From Clostridiaceae bacterium (lineage in GTDB: Bacteria > Bacillota > Clostridia > Saccharofermentanales > DTU023): DNA of 32,545 bases. Each line of letters begins with the position of its first letter. The stretch's first letter is position 1. The stretch covers positions 1 to 32,545 of the forward strand of contig JAAYEX010000119.1 in the NCBI GenBank assembly GCA_012728535.1. Reading direction: 5' to 3'. Made by a program: the position numbers and the translations under genes. Below are positions 25,228 through 32,545 of the stretch, in pieces. The notes beneath the pieces are model-generated. The model had not been told where the DNA came from. It worked only from the letters and a program-made list of their open reading frames with translations, and made no database searches.

Positions 25228-28200
25228 CTATGCGTCGTATGTCAACAGCCAGGGATAGTCAGCTTCGACTGCTGAGATCATGGCAACAAAGCCATCCAGC
25301 ATACGGTCATCACGGTCGTCACGGATTCCGCTTTCAAAGACCTGAGTGTTTGCATCGCGGACCAGATATTTGTCGTCATCGAGTTTCAGGAAACCGACAT
25401 TAGTGGAATCTTCAAAGTCTTCTTTGGTCCAGTAGAGGGTAAACTTGTCTTTGTAGGGCAGTCCGGCATGCGGGCAGAATGTGCCGCAGTTGCCGCACTC
25501 GTTACACATACCATCCATGTGGAGAATCTGATGCAGGTTCTCGTAGCCCGGAACGCTGATCGCCACATTGGCGCGGTTGGGGCAGACTTCTTTACAGATC
25601 TCACAGAACTGATCACACTTGAGACAACGTTCGCCTTCAGAATCGCGCTCTCTTGAATGCATCAAAACACCACGGCGCTTGTTAATATCATCCTGCTCCA
25701 TTGCTACTTCGACACGTTCAAAATCATTTGCAAGGCCTTCTCGTCTGAGGATTTCTTTTGCCACGGTGCGAGAGTCACCCATTGCCGCCACTACTGTGGA
25801 AGGTCCACGGCGACAGTCGCCCACAACGTAGACGTTGGTCTCACTTGATTCGAAAACTTCTGACAGTTTGGGACGTTTGCGTTCGTCAAGGGCCAGACCG
25901 AATTTCTCAAAGAGAGCCGGACTGACTGAAGCACCGGTTGCACCGATAACAAAGTCATACTCGAGATCAATGTATTCAGCAGTTCCGTTAACTGACTTGC
26001 GGCCTGAGGCGTCGTAATCGCCCAATTCCATTTTTTCACATCTGAGGGTCTTGCCGTCATAGGATACAGGGGCGACCAGCTCAAGTACGCCGACACCTTC
26101 AGCCAGAGCACCGTCATACTCATCCTGGCTTGCAGGCATATAAGCTTCAGTACGGCGATAAACAATGTCAACATGTTCAACACCGGCTGTATTTTTGGCC
26201 AGGCGGGCACAGTCCATGGCCACATCACCGGCACCGACTACTGCTACACGTTTGCCCATATCGAGGGCTCCGCCCTCTTTTGCCTTGAGCAAAACATCAA
26301 GAGCGTCATGAACCTTGTCTCTGCCTTCTTTTACCGGTGAGCGTCCTTCAGCCCAGGCTCCGACTGCAACTACTACGTAGTCATAGTCTTTGCGTAATTC
26401 GACCAGGTCGAAATCCGGATCACAGTTGAAGTGGAAATTTACACCTTCAGCTACTGCTATATCGTAATCACGGTCAATTTGCTCTTCTGAAATACGGAAA
26501 GTCGGTATGGCATAACGCACAATTCCGTGAGACTTGGCACGTTTTTCAAAAACATCAACCTCGAGACCGTTTCGACGCAGATAAACTGCAGCTGCAACAC
26601 CGCCGGGTCCGGCGCCGATCACAGCAATCTTTTTGTCAGTCCTGAGGTCAGAAGCTGTGATATTTTTGACATATGGATTTTGACTCTCATCTGCTGCCTT
26701 CAGCTTGACATCACGCATATGGATAGCTGTGTCGTAATCGAGGCGGGTACACTTGTCACGGCAGGGTTGTGCGCAAAGAACGCCGGTGATTGTCGGACAG
26801 GCGTTATCAATAGCAATGACACGCATTGCTTCGTCATACTCACCATCGGCAACAAGTTTGAGGTATTCGGGAATCTGCTGGTTAATGGGGCAGCCGCCAT
26901 CTTTACAAGGTGCTTTGTAGCAATCAAAAAGTTCGAGTTTTGAATCAGTCTTGCGGGAAGCGACCTTTTCGCGATAACGCTTCTGGTTGGTGAGAATCTG
27001 ATAACTCTTGTCGCGCAGGTCTCTCAATGCTTCGAGGTCAACTTCTCCGCTAGAATTATCTTTCAGCATATATTCGGTTTTCTGGGCGATTTGATTGAAA
27101 CGGGCATATCCGCCCGGCTTCAGGAGAGTAGTCGCCATCGTCACAGGGGCGATTCCTGTTTTGAGAATGTCATTGATATTGAAAGCATCTGCACCGCCGG
27201 AATAGGAAATCGGCAGTTTGCCGTCAAAGGCTTCAGATAGCTTGGTGGCCAGGCTTACTGTCAAAGCCATCAGAGAACGTCCTGACATATACATGGACTC
27301 TGCAGGAAGCTGATTATTGTCAGTGTCGCAAGGGAAAGTGTTGGTCAGCTTGGCACCGAAGGCAAGACCTTTTTCTTTGGCCAAAGGCAGGAGGCGGCCG
27401 AACATTTCTACTGCGTCATCATACTGGAGGTCACCCTTGAAGTGCGTATCAGGGAAGGCCACATAGTCATAACCCAATTTGTCCAGAGCTTCACGGGCAT
27501 AATCATAGCCCAGCATGGTCGGGTTGCACTTAACAAACACGCTGACATGTTTTTCAGTCAGGAGATATTTTGAAATGGCTTCAATTTCATCAGGCGGACA
27601 TCCGTGCAGGGTCGAAAGGGTTGCCGCATTACAAATATTGGGAGATATCGCAGCAACATCGTCCGCAGATATCTGTTCAAAGAGATCAAGATTATCTTCC
27701 AAAAACTTAATGCCCTCTTTGAAAACCGGTCTGTCTGATGCGTCTTTCAGTCCTTCAATAAAACTATCAATTTTTTCTGTCTTAATACCTGCCAGATCGT
27801 AGCCGACACTCATATTGAAAGCGAAATCGTCTGCGTCCGATACGCCGAATTCAGGTGCCAGCACATGAATGGCAAGCCAGGCTTTGACATACTCTTCGTA
27901 AGCTTCCTCAACTGTAAGTTCTGTTGACCACTCACAGTTGTAGCATTCGTCTTCTGCAGTAATACAAGGTTTGGGTACAGCATTGCGAATTTCTTCGCCA
28001 TCCATGATCTGTACAGTTTTCAACTCCAGGAAGCGGGCTCCGCCCAGATAGGCCGCAACAATATTTTGCGCCAGTTGGGTAGCGGGACCGGCTGCAGGTC
28101 CTACAGCTGATGCAAGCTTATCGCCTAAGACAGTCGTCATCCGACGTCCCGAACGGTTCTTGTAGAATTTCTCTTTTTTTACTCCGAAGACCGAATTTTC

Positions 28201-28269
28201 TTGCTTGTATTCTGATAGGCTCCAGTTGATCAGTTGATCGAACCCCATCGGTCGCATTATGTCTCCCAT
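25228..28269 (-). CDS. ygfK: YgfK-type iron-sulfur flavoprotein (annotated as putative selenate reductase subunit YgfK)
   Basis: N-terminus MGDIMRP, as recalled for E. coli YgfK. DPD/DHODH-like barrel, then GltD-like region with Cys clusters and dinucleotide folds (VIGAGPGGVAAA, VVGAGDVAMDCA). C-terminal 2x[4Fe-4S] motifs (CLKCDQFCEICKEVCP, CNECGNCGTFCP). About 1013 aa. Confidence 0.9.
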   Translation of the reverse strand: MGDIMRPMGFDQLINWSLSEYKQENSVFGVKKEKFYKNRSGRRMTTVLGDKLASAVGPAAGPATQLAQNIVAAYLGGARFLELKTVQIMDGEEIRNAVPKPCITAEDECYNCEWSTELTVEEAYEEYVKAWLAIHVLAPEFGVSDADDFAFNMSVGYDLAGIKTEKIDSFIEGLKDASDRPVFKEGIKFLEDNLDLFEQISADDVAAISPNICNAATLSTLHGCPPDEIEAISKYLLTEKHVSVFVKCNPTMLGYDYAREALDKLGYDYVAFPDTHFKGDLQYDDAVEMFGRLLPLAKEKGLAFGAKLTNTFPCDTDNNQLPAESMYMSGRSLMALTVSLATKLSEAFDGKLPISYSGGADAFNINDILKTGIAPVTMATTLLKPGGYARFNQIAQKTEYMLKDNSSGEVDLEALRDLRDKSYQILTNQKRYREKVASRKTDSKLELFDCYKAPCKDGGCPINQQIPEYLKLVADGEYDEAMRVIAIDNACPTITGVLCAQPCRDKCTRLDYDTAIHMRDVKLKAADESQNPYVKNITASDLRTDKKIAVIGAGPGGVAAAVYLRRNGLEVDVFEKRAKSHGIVRYAIPTFRISEEQIDRDYDIAVAEGVNFHFNCDPDFDLVELRKDYDYVVVAVGAWAEGRSPVKEGRDKVHDALDVLLKAKEGGALDMGKRVAVVGAGDVAMDCARLAKNTAGVEHVDIVYRRTEAYMPASQDEYDGALAEGVGVLELVAPVSYDGKTLRCEKMELGDYDASGRKSVNGTAEYIDLEYDFVIGATGASVSPALFEKFGLALDERKRPKLSEVFESSETNVYVVGDCRRGPSTVVAAMGDSRTVAKEILRREGLANDFERVEVAMEQDDINKRRGVLMHSRERDSEGERCLKCDQFCEICKEVCPNRANVAISVPGYENLHQILHMDGMCNECGNCGTFCPHAGLPYKDKFTLYWTKEDFEDSTNVGFLKLDDDKYLVRDANTQVFESGIRDDRDDRMLDGFVAMISAVEADYPWLLTYDA

Positions 28270-28369
28270 TGTCTTCTCCTTACTGTTTTTGATTAGATAG
28301 ATAATGCTATCATCCTCAAATCAGAGAACGAAAGCACTAATCCAATCCTGAGTTATTTTTTATACAAGA

Positions 28370-28400
28370 AAGGCCGGAGTCCTTACGGTACTCCGGCCTT
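28370..28400 (-). terminator. Stem-loop between ygeY and ygfK (possible intra-operon terminator or attenuator)
   Basis: AAGGCCGGAGT-ccttacggt-ACTCCGGCCTT, an 11-bp stem. On the minus strand it is followed by TCTTGTAT, a weak U-tract. Confidence 0.4.
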
Positions 28401-28412
28401 CTTACACAAGTC

Positions 28413-29642
28413 TTACTCTTTGTCCATGTACTCAACGTAATACGCGGGCATGGTGCTGTAAATTGCTGCTGTCCGGACGAGGTCTTCTTTCCAGGTGATC
28501 TCGTTAGGTGCGTGAGCCTGGGCTTCCTTACCCGGGCCTAAGCCGATGCAGGGGATACCATGGCGACCCATGATCGCAACACCGTTGGTGGAGAAGGTCC
28601 ATTTGTCGAGCTTGGGCTCACCGTAGAGATCGGTGTAAGCGTCAACCAGGGCACGGGCCTGCGGTGCATCCTCATCAATTTTCCAGGTGGGGAAGTAGCA
28701 GTCCTGAACGTATACTTCACCTGTCCATGAGGGACGGTCGTATTCGTACATGCTGACGACTGCGCCATACTTCTTGACTGAAGGCAGATCTTCGATTTCC
28801 TTCAGAGCGCTCTGATAGGTTTCACCCCAGGTCAGGCGACGGTCAAGAGAGATTGTGCAGCTGTCGGCTACTGCGCAGCGTGAAGGTGAGGTGAAGTAAA
28901 TCTGAGAAGTGGTAACTGTGCCTTTGCCCAGGAAAGAGTCATCTTTCAGGTGGGCATTGAGGTCACGGACTTCCTGCAGAATGTCTGCCATCTTGTAGAT
29001 AGCATTGTCACCGCGCTCAGGAGCTGAGCCGTGGCATGAAACACCCTTAACTTCAACTTTGATTTCCATGCGGCCACGATGTCCGCGATAGACGTGCATG
29101 TCTGTGGGTTCGGTCGAGACAACAAAGTCAGGACGAATTTCATCTTTTTCGATGATGTAAAGCCAGCACATACCGTCACAGTCTTCTTCCTGGACGCTGC
29201 CGACTACAAGAATCTGAACGCCTTCAGGGATCAGGCCGAGATCTTTCATGATCTTGGCACCGTAGGTTGAAGAAACCATACCACCGAGCTGGTCGGAAGC
29301 ACCGCGGCCACCGATTATTTCATCGTCTTCCATACCATCATATGGATCAAACTCCCAGAGAGAGATGTCACCGATACCGACGGTGTCAATATGTGAGTCA
29401 TAAGCAATCAGGACATCGCCTTCGCCCATCCAACCCATTACGTTACCAAGCGGGTCGACTTCAACGTTGTCATAACCGAGCTTGATCATTTCTTCTTTAA
29501 TGCGCTCAACTTTGGGGCCTTCTTCACAGCTTTCGCCGCCAATCTTAATGAGGTCGCGCAAGAACTTGGTCATATCTTCGCGGTAATTCTCCGCTTCCTG
29601 ACGCACGCGGTCAAGATCAAGATTCAACTGAACTTTTGTCAT
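28413..29642 (-). CDS. ygeY: YgeY family selenium-metabolism-linked hydrolase (M20 peptidase fold)
   Basis: M20 metal ligands ([27 protein letters not shown]-terminal HAPNE). About 409 aa. Sits between ygeW and ygfK. Confidence 0.85.
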   Translation of the reverse strand: MTKVQLNLDLDRVRQEAENYREDMTKFLRDLIKIGGESCEEGPKVERIKEEMIKLGYDNVEVDPLGNVMGWMGEGDVLIAYDSHIDTVGIGDISLWEFDPYDGMEDDEIIGGRGASDQLGGMVSSTYGAKIMKDLGLIPEGVQILVVGSVQEEDCDGMCWLYIIEKDEIRPDFVVSTEPTDMHVYRGHRGRMEIKVEVKGVSCHGSAPERGDNAIYKMADILQEVRDLNAHLKDDSFLGKGTVTTSQIYFTSPSRCAVADSCTISLDRRLTWGETYQSALKEIEDLPSVKKYGAVVSMYEYDRPSWTGEVYVQDCYFPTWKIDEDAPQARALVDAYTDLYGEPKLDKWTFSTNGVAIMGRHGIPCIGLGPGKEAQAHAPNEITWKEDLVRTAAIYSTMPAYYVEYMDKE

Positions 29643-29752
29643 ATTTACTCCTTAAAAATTTATTGACGTTTATCGTCGGCCAAATAGGCAGTGTAAATGT
29701 ATTGTGCAAGCGGAGATGCCGGCCGGCATCTCCGGACTAGCTAAATGGGTTA

Positions 29753-30949
29753 TCAGGCGTTATCCGCCAGACGGGCTGCTTCTGCTGCCCACAGTTCTTC
29801 CAGTTTCGCCGCAGGATTTTTGATCTTCTGCATGAAAATCATTGCAGCAATGATATAAGGCTTGTAGCTGGCCTCTTTGTAAAGAGGTATGCGATAACGT
29901 TCGAAAACGCTGGCGTCAACTTCGCCTACTTCTGTGCTTACGCCGGTAATGTCTGCCGGCAGGCAGTGGAGGTAGAGAGCTTTACCATCTTTGGTGGTCT
30001 TCATTAATTCTTCAGTACACTGCCAGTCCATGTGGCTCTTATTCTGCTCAAGCAATTCCTGCTCGAGTGCATCAATACCGGCTTTATCGCCCTGGGCGTA
30101 AAGGTCAGTACGTTTTTCCATGGCTGCATAAGGTGCCCAGCTCTTAGGATAGACAATATCTGCATCTTTGAAGGCTTCTGCCATTGAATAGGTCTTGGTG
30201 AACTTGCCACCGTACTTATTCTCGTTTTCTCTGGCGATATCTTCTACTTCAGACATAATCTCGTAGCCTTCGGGATGTGCCAAGGTGACTTCCATGCCGA
30301 AGCGGGTCATCAGGCCGACTATTCCCTGGGGAACCGAGAGAGGTTTGCCGTATGAGGGTGAGTAGGCCCAGGTCATTGCGACTTTTTTGCCGCGTAGGTT
30401 TTCTACTCCGCCAAACTCATGAATCAGGTGAAGTGCATCAGCCATGCTCTGTGTAGGATGGTCAATGTCGCACTGGAGGTTAACGATTGTCGGACGCTGC
30501 TCGAGAACACCGTCGTTATGGCCTTCCTGAACATGCTCTGAGAATTCTTTCATGAAGGTATGGCCTTTGCCGATGTACATGTCATCACGGATACCGACAA
30601 CATCAGCCATGAAGGAAATCATGTTGGCAGTTTCTTTAATAGTTTCACCGTGTGCAATCTGAGATTCACCTTCGTCAAAGTTTTGGATTTCAAGTCCCAG
30701 CAGGTTGGCTGCAGAGGCAAAAGAGAAGCGGGTTCTGGTTGAATTATCGCGGAACAGGGAGATTGCAAGTCCTGAGTCTGCAATGCGGCAGCTCTTATTA
30801 TTCTCACGCAGCTCACGCAATGCGTCGGCTACGGTAAAAATAGCCATGAGTTCGTCCTGAGACTTATCCCAGGTGTGGAAAAAATCGTCGTGATACAGAT
30901 TTCCGAAATCGTATCCTTTAAGTTGATTAACTAATGATTCCAATGACAT
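29753..30949 (-). CDS. ygeW: Knotted carbamoyltransferase YgeW
   Basis: FRDNSTRTRFSFASA, SQIAHGETIKETANMISF, LQCDIDHPTQSMAD, WAYSPSYGKPLSVPQG, HCLPA. Near-colinear with E. coli YgeW from memory. Start set at the ATG at 30949, 5 nt after AGGAGGA (track start 31000). Confidence 0.9.
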   Translation of the reverse strand: MSLESLVNQLKGYDFGNLYHDDFFHTWDKSQDELMAIFTVADALRELRENNKSCRIADSGLAISLFRDNSTRTRFSFASAANLLGLEIQNFDEGESQIAHGETIKETANMISFMADVVGIRDDMYIGKGHTFMKEFSEHVQEGHNDGVLEQRPTIVNLQCDIDHPTQSMADALHLIHEFGGVENLRGKKVAMTWAYSPSYGKPLSVPQGIVGLMTRFGMEVTLAHPEGYEIMSEVEDIARENENKYGGKFTKTYSMAEAFKDADIVYPKSWAPYAAMEKRTDLYAQGDKAGIDALEQELLEQNKSHMDWQCTEELMKTTKDGKALYLHCLPADITGVSTEVGEVDASVFERYRIPLYKEASYKPYIIAAMIFMQKIKNPAAKLEELWAAEAARLADNA

Positions 30950-31228
30950 ATATTCCTCCTGAATTTGATATCTGTTTGAGTTGGTTACTGACTGTAACAA
31001 GCTTTTTCTCTCGTTATCTCGGGAAATTCAACAAGTAAACAAATTTCCTCCCGACAGATTGCATAAATACACGTAATCATGGCCGAAAATGCTTTTACAT
31101 TATACTAAACAAGCTTCTTTGAAGCACGCAAAAAGTAGCATAAGCTTTAAATATTCTTTTGTTAAGGATTTCAGCCCGATTGCTTCAGCGCGCTGCCCCG
31201 CTGAGGCGGGACAGCACGCAAATTCATA

Positions 31229-32545
31229 TTAGTCCGGCATGTTTGCCAAAACGCCGGTTTTCTCGTTAAACTCTTCGATCAGACGATCTATATCTTCGAC
31301 CTGATCATGTATATTGCTCCAATAATGAGGATCATACCACTGAGCATCAAGTTCGTTGACATCTCTTTCCTGCTGTTCAACCCAGGTGTAATACTTGAGG
31401 TTGTGAACTCGTTTTCTGGTGATATAGGTGAATTCTTCCATATTGTCAGTACGAACATCGAAGAGATAACGATTGTAGTCGCGGGCAGCCATTTCAGTTG
31501 AGTACTTACCCTCTTCTTCATCCATCTCCGCAAGACGTGACTGGTACATTTCCGCAGAGTCGGTCGCTACTGTTCCGAGTACATCATCTTCAGTCAGTTC
31601 ATAGTATTTAGCCATCTTAATGCAGCCGAGAACGTTGGCAAAGCCGCTGATTCCGAGCATAGTCAGATCGTAAAGCTGCTTGTCTGTCAGGCCGAATTCT
31701 TCGCGCAGATACTCCTGACCCGCTTCTGTATTGCAGAGGCGGAAGATGTTCAGTGCGTGATTGTCATCGATAGCTGCGACCATGTCAGTGTTTCTGACGT
31801 TGTGGACCCAGGGAATATGCTTGTCGCCGATACCTTCAATACGGTGATAACCGAAACCGTTATTCAGGATCGTCGGGCACTGCAGGGCTTCGCCGACTGA
31901 AACTTTGAGGTGAGGATAATGTTCCTTAAGATAGTCGCCGGCACTCATGCTGCCGCCGCTGCCACTGGTGAAGAAGGCGCCGAAGAAGCGAGATGTATCA
32001 GTCTTCATCTGTTTCTCATAAGCTTCTTCCATGGCCGGGCCTGTGCCGTGATAATGCCACAGGACGTTGCCCATTTCTTCAAACTGGTTAAAAATTACAC
32101 ACTCAGGACGTGTTCTGCGAATCTCCCAAACTTTATTGAAGATTTCAAATACGTCACTCTCACCACCCGGGGTTGAGATAACTTCATCAGCAATATGTTC
32201 CAGCCACTCATAGCGCTCTCTGCTCATCTCTGCAGGCAGAATAGCTACTGATTCGCAGCCGAGCAATTTGGAGTTAAATGCGCCACCACGACAATAGTTG
32301 CCGGTTGAAGGCCATACTGCCTTGTGTATGGTGGGGTCGAATTGACCGGTTACCAGACGAGGTACCAAACAACCAAATGATGCACCTACTTTATGACATC
32401 CTGTAGGGAACCACTTGCCAACCATGACAAAGATGCGGGCATCGATACCGCTAAGTTGTTGAGGGAACTCAATAATATTCACGTCGCCATAGCCGGCCCC
32501 CTCTAGAGTAGGCTCATTTTTCCAGGTTACACGGAAAAGGTTCAA
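31229..32545 (-). CDS. Fold-type II (TrpB/cysteine synthase superfamily) PLP-dependent enzyme, unassigned subfamily; reaches the window edge, so it may be 5'-partial
   Basis: Candidate PLP-lysine in PTGCHKVGASFG (compare TrpB TGSHKIN). STGNYCRGGA (compare SSGNxG). Gly-rich phosphate loop TSGSGGSMSAG. EGIGDKHIP. A roughly 120-aa C-terminal extension has no motif I recognise. Confidence 0.7.
   Translation of the reverse strand: MNLFRVTWKNEPTLEGAGYGDVNIIEFPQQLSGIDARIFVMVGKWFPTGCHKVGASFGCLVPRLVTGQFDPTIHKAVWPSTGNYCRGGAFNSKLLGCESVAILPAEMSRERYEWLEHIADEVISTPGGESDVFEIFNKVWEIRRTRPECVIFNQFEEMGNVLWHYHGTGPAMEEAYEKQMKTDTSRFFGAFFTSGSGGSMSAGDYLKEHYPHLKVSVGEALQCPTILNNGFGYHRIEGIGDKHIPWVHNVRNTDMVAAIDDNHALNIFRLCNTEAGQEYLREEFGLTDKQLYDLTMLGISGFANVLGCIKMAKYYELTEDDVLGTVATDSAEMYQSRLAEMDEEEGKYSTEMAARDYNRYLFDVRTDNMEEFTYITRKRVHNLKYYTWVEQQERDVNELDAQWYDPHYWSNIHDQVEDIDRLIEEFNEKTGVLANMPD

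Noticed and set aside
30950-31228. Purine, xanthine or other riboswitch in the 280-nt gap upstream of ygeW. Also three AAGCTT sites, with a 9-nt direct repeat AACAAGCTT at 30996-31004 and 31108-31116, as a possible operator.
   Set aside because: No guanine/adenine riboswitch core was recognisable by eye (conserved junction and loop sequences such as the UAUA junction or the CUACC stretch). One hairpin (TCGGGAGGAAATT...AATTTCCCGA) is present but is not diagnostic. A 9-mer repeated once in about 300 nt is not clearly beyond chance. Only the TATAAT box (minus strand) looks solid.
23369-32545. In-frame TGA (selenocysteine) codons or SECIS-like elements in the selenium-associated cluster.
   Set aside because: All six genes are continuous ORFs of the expected length with no internal TGA. 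The selenium link of these families comes from genomic context and is not attributed to Sec residues in these proteins.
1-32545. CRISPR arrays, IS elements, integrases, phage genes, toxin-antitoxin or defence-system genes, tRNA/rRNA genes.
   Set aside because: No spaced direct repeats, inverted terminal repeats, transposase or integrase motifs, or tRNA-like sequences (for example the GTTCGAATC T-arm) were noticed. Every large ORF is assignable to a metabolic or housekeeping family.

Overview
Dense, mostly housekeeping chromosomal window from what looks like an anaerobic Bacillota (Firmicutes): veg-ispE synteny, a MurT/GatD pair, GGAGG-type Shine-Dalgarno (SD) sites and SigA-like promoters. 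I saw no rRNA, tRNA, CRISPR array, transposase, integrase or long repeat. All calls rest on reading the translated ORFs against family motifs from memory; nothing was searched or computed, and GC was not computed. Gene order, left to right: rpoB 5' end (-, runs off the edge, not in the ORF track); murT-like ligase and gatD-like partner (+); membrane-anchored parvulin PPIase, HAD phosphatase, CNNM/TlyC-type CBS protein, EF-G paralogue, tryptophanase/tyrosine phenol-lyase family enzyme, alpha/beta hydrolase, tRNA-dihydrouridine synthase and a second HAD (all -); aspS-gatA-gatB operon (+); M42 peptidase, ispE, veg and mnmA (-); membrane-anchored EEP-family protein (+); then a minus-strand operon of PLP enzyme, ygeW, ygeY, ygfK, ssnA and a ModE-like regulator, which is the selenium/molybdenum-hydroxylase-linked purine/urate catabolism module. 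Most notable observations: (1) AspRS is fused in frame to a complete GatC domain and translationally coupled to gatA-gatB, which may amount to a covalently tethered transamidosome. (2) gatB carries a single in-frame TAA inside its most conserved block. (3) The GatD-like partner of MurT has lost both the glutaminase Cys and His. (4) An unassigned fold-type-II PLP enzyme sits where YgeX sits in the E. coli ygeW cluster. (5) mnmA has a roughly 375-nt leader with a strong promoter, a 10-codon uORF and a terminator-like hairpin.
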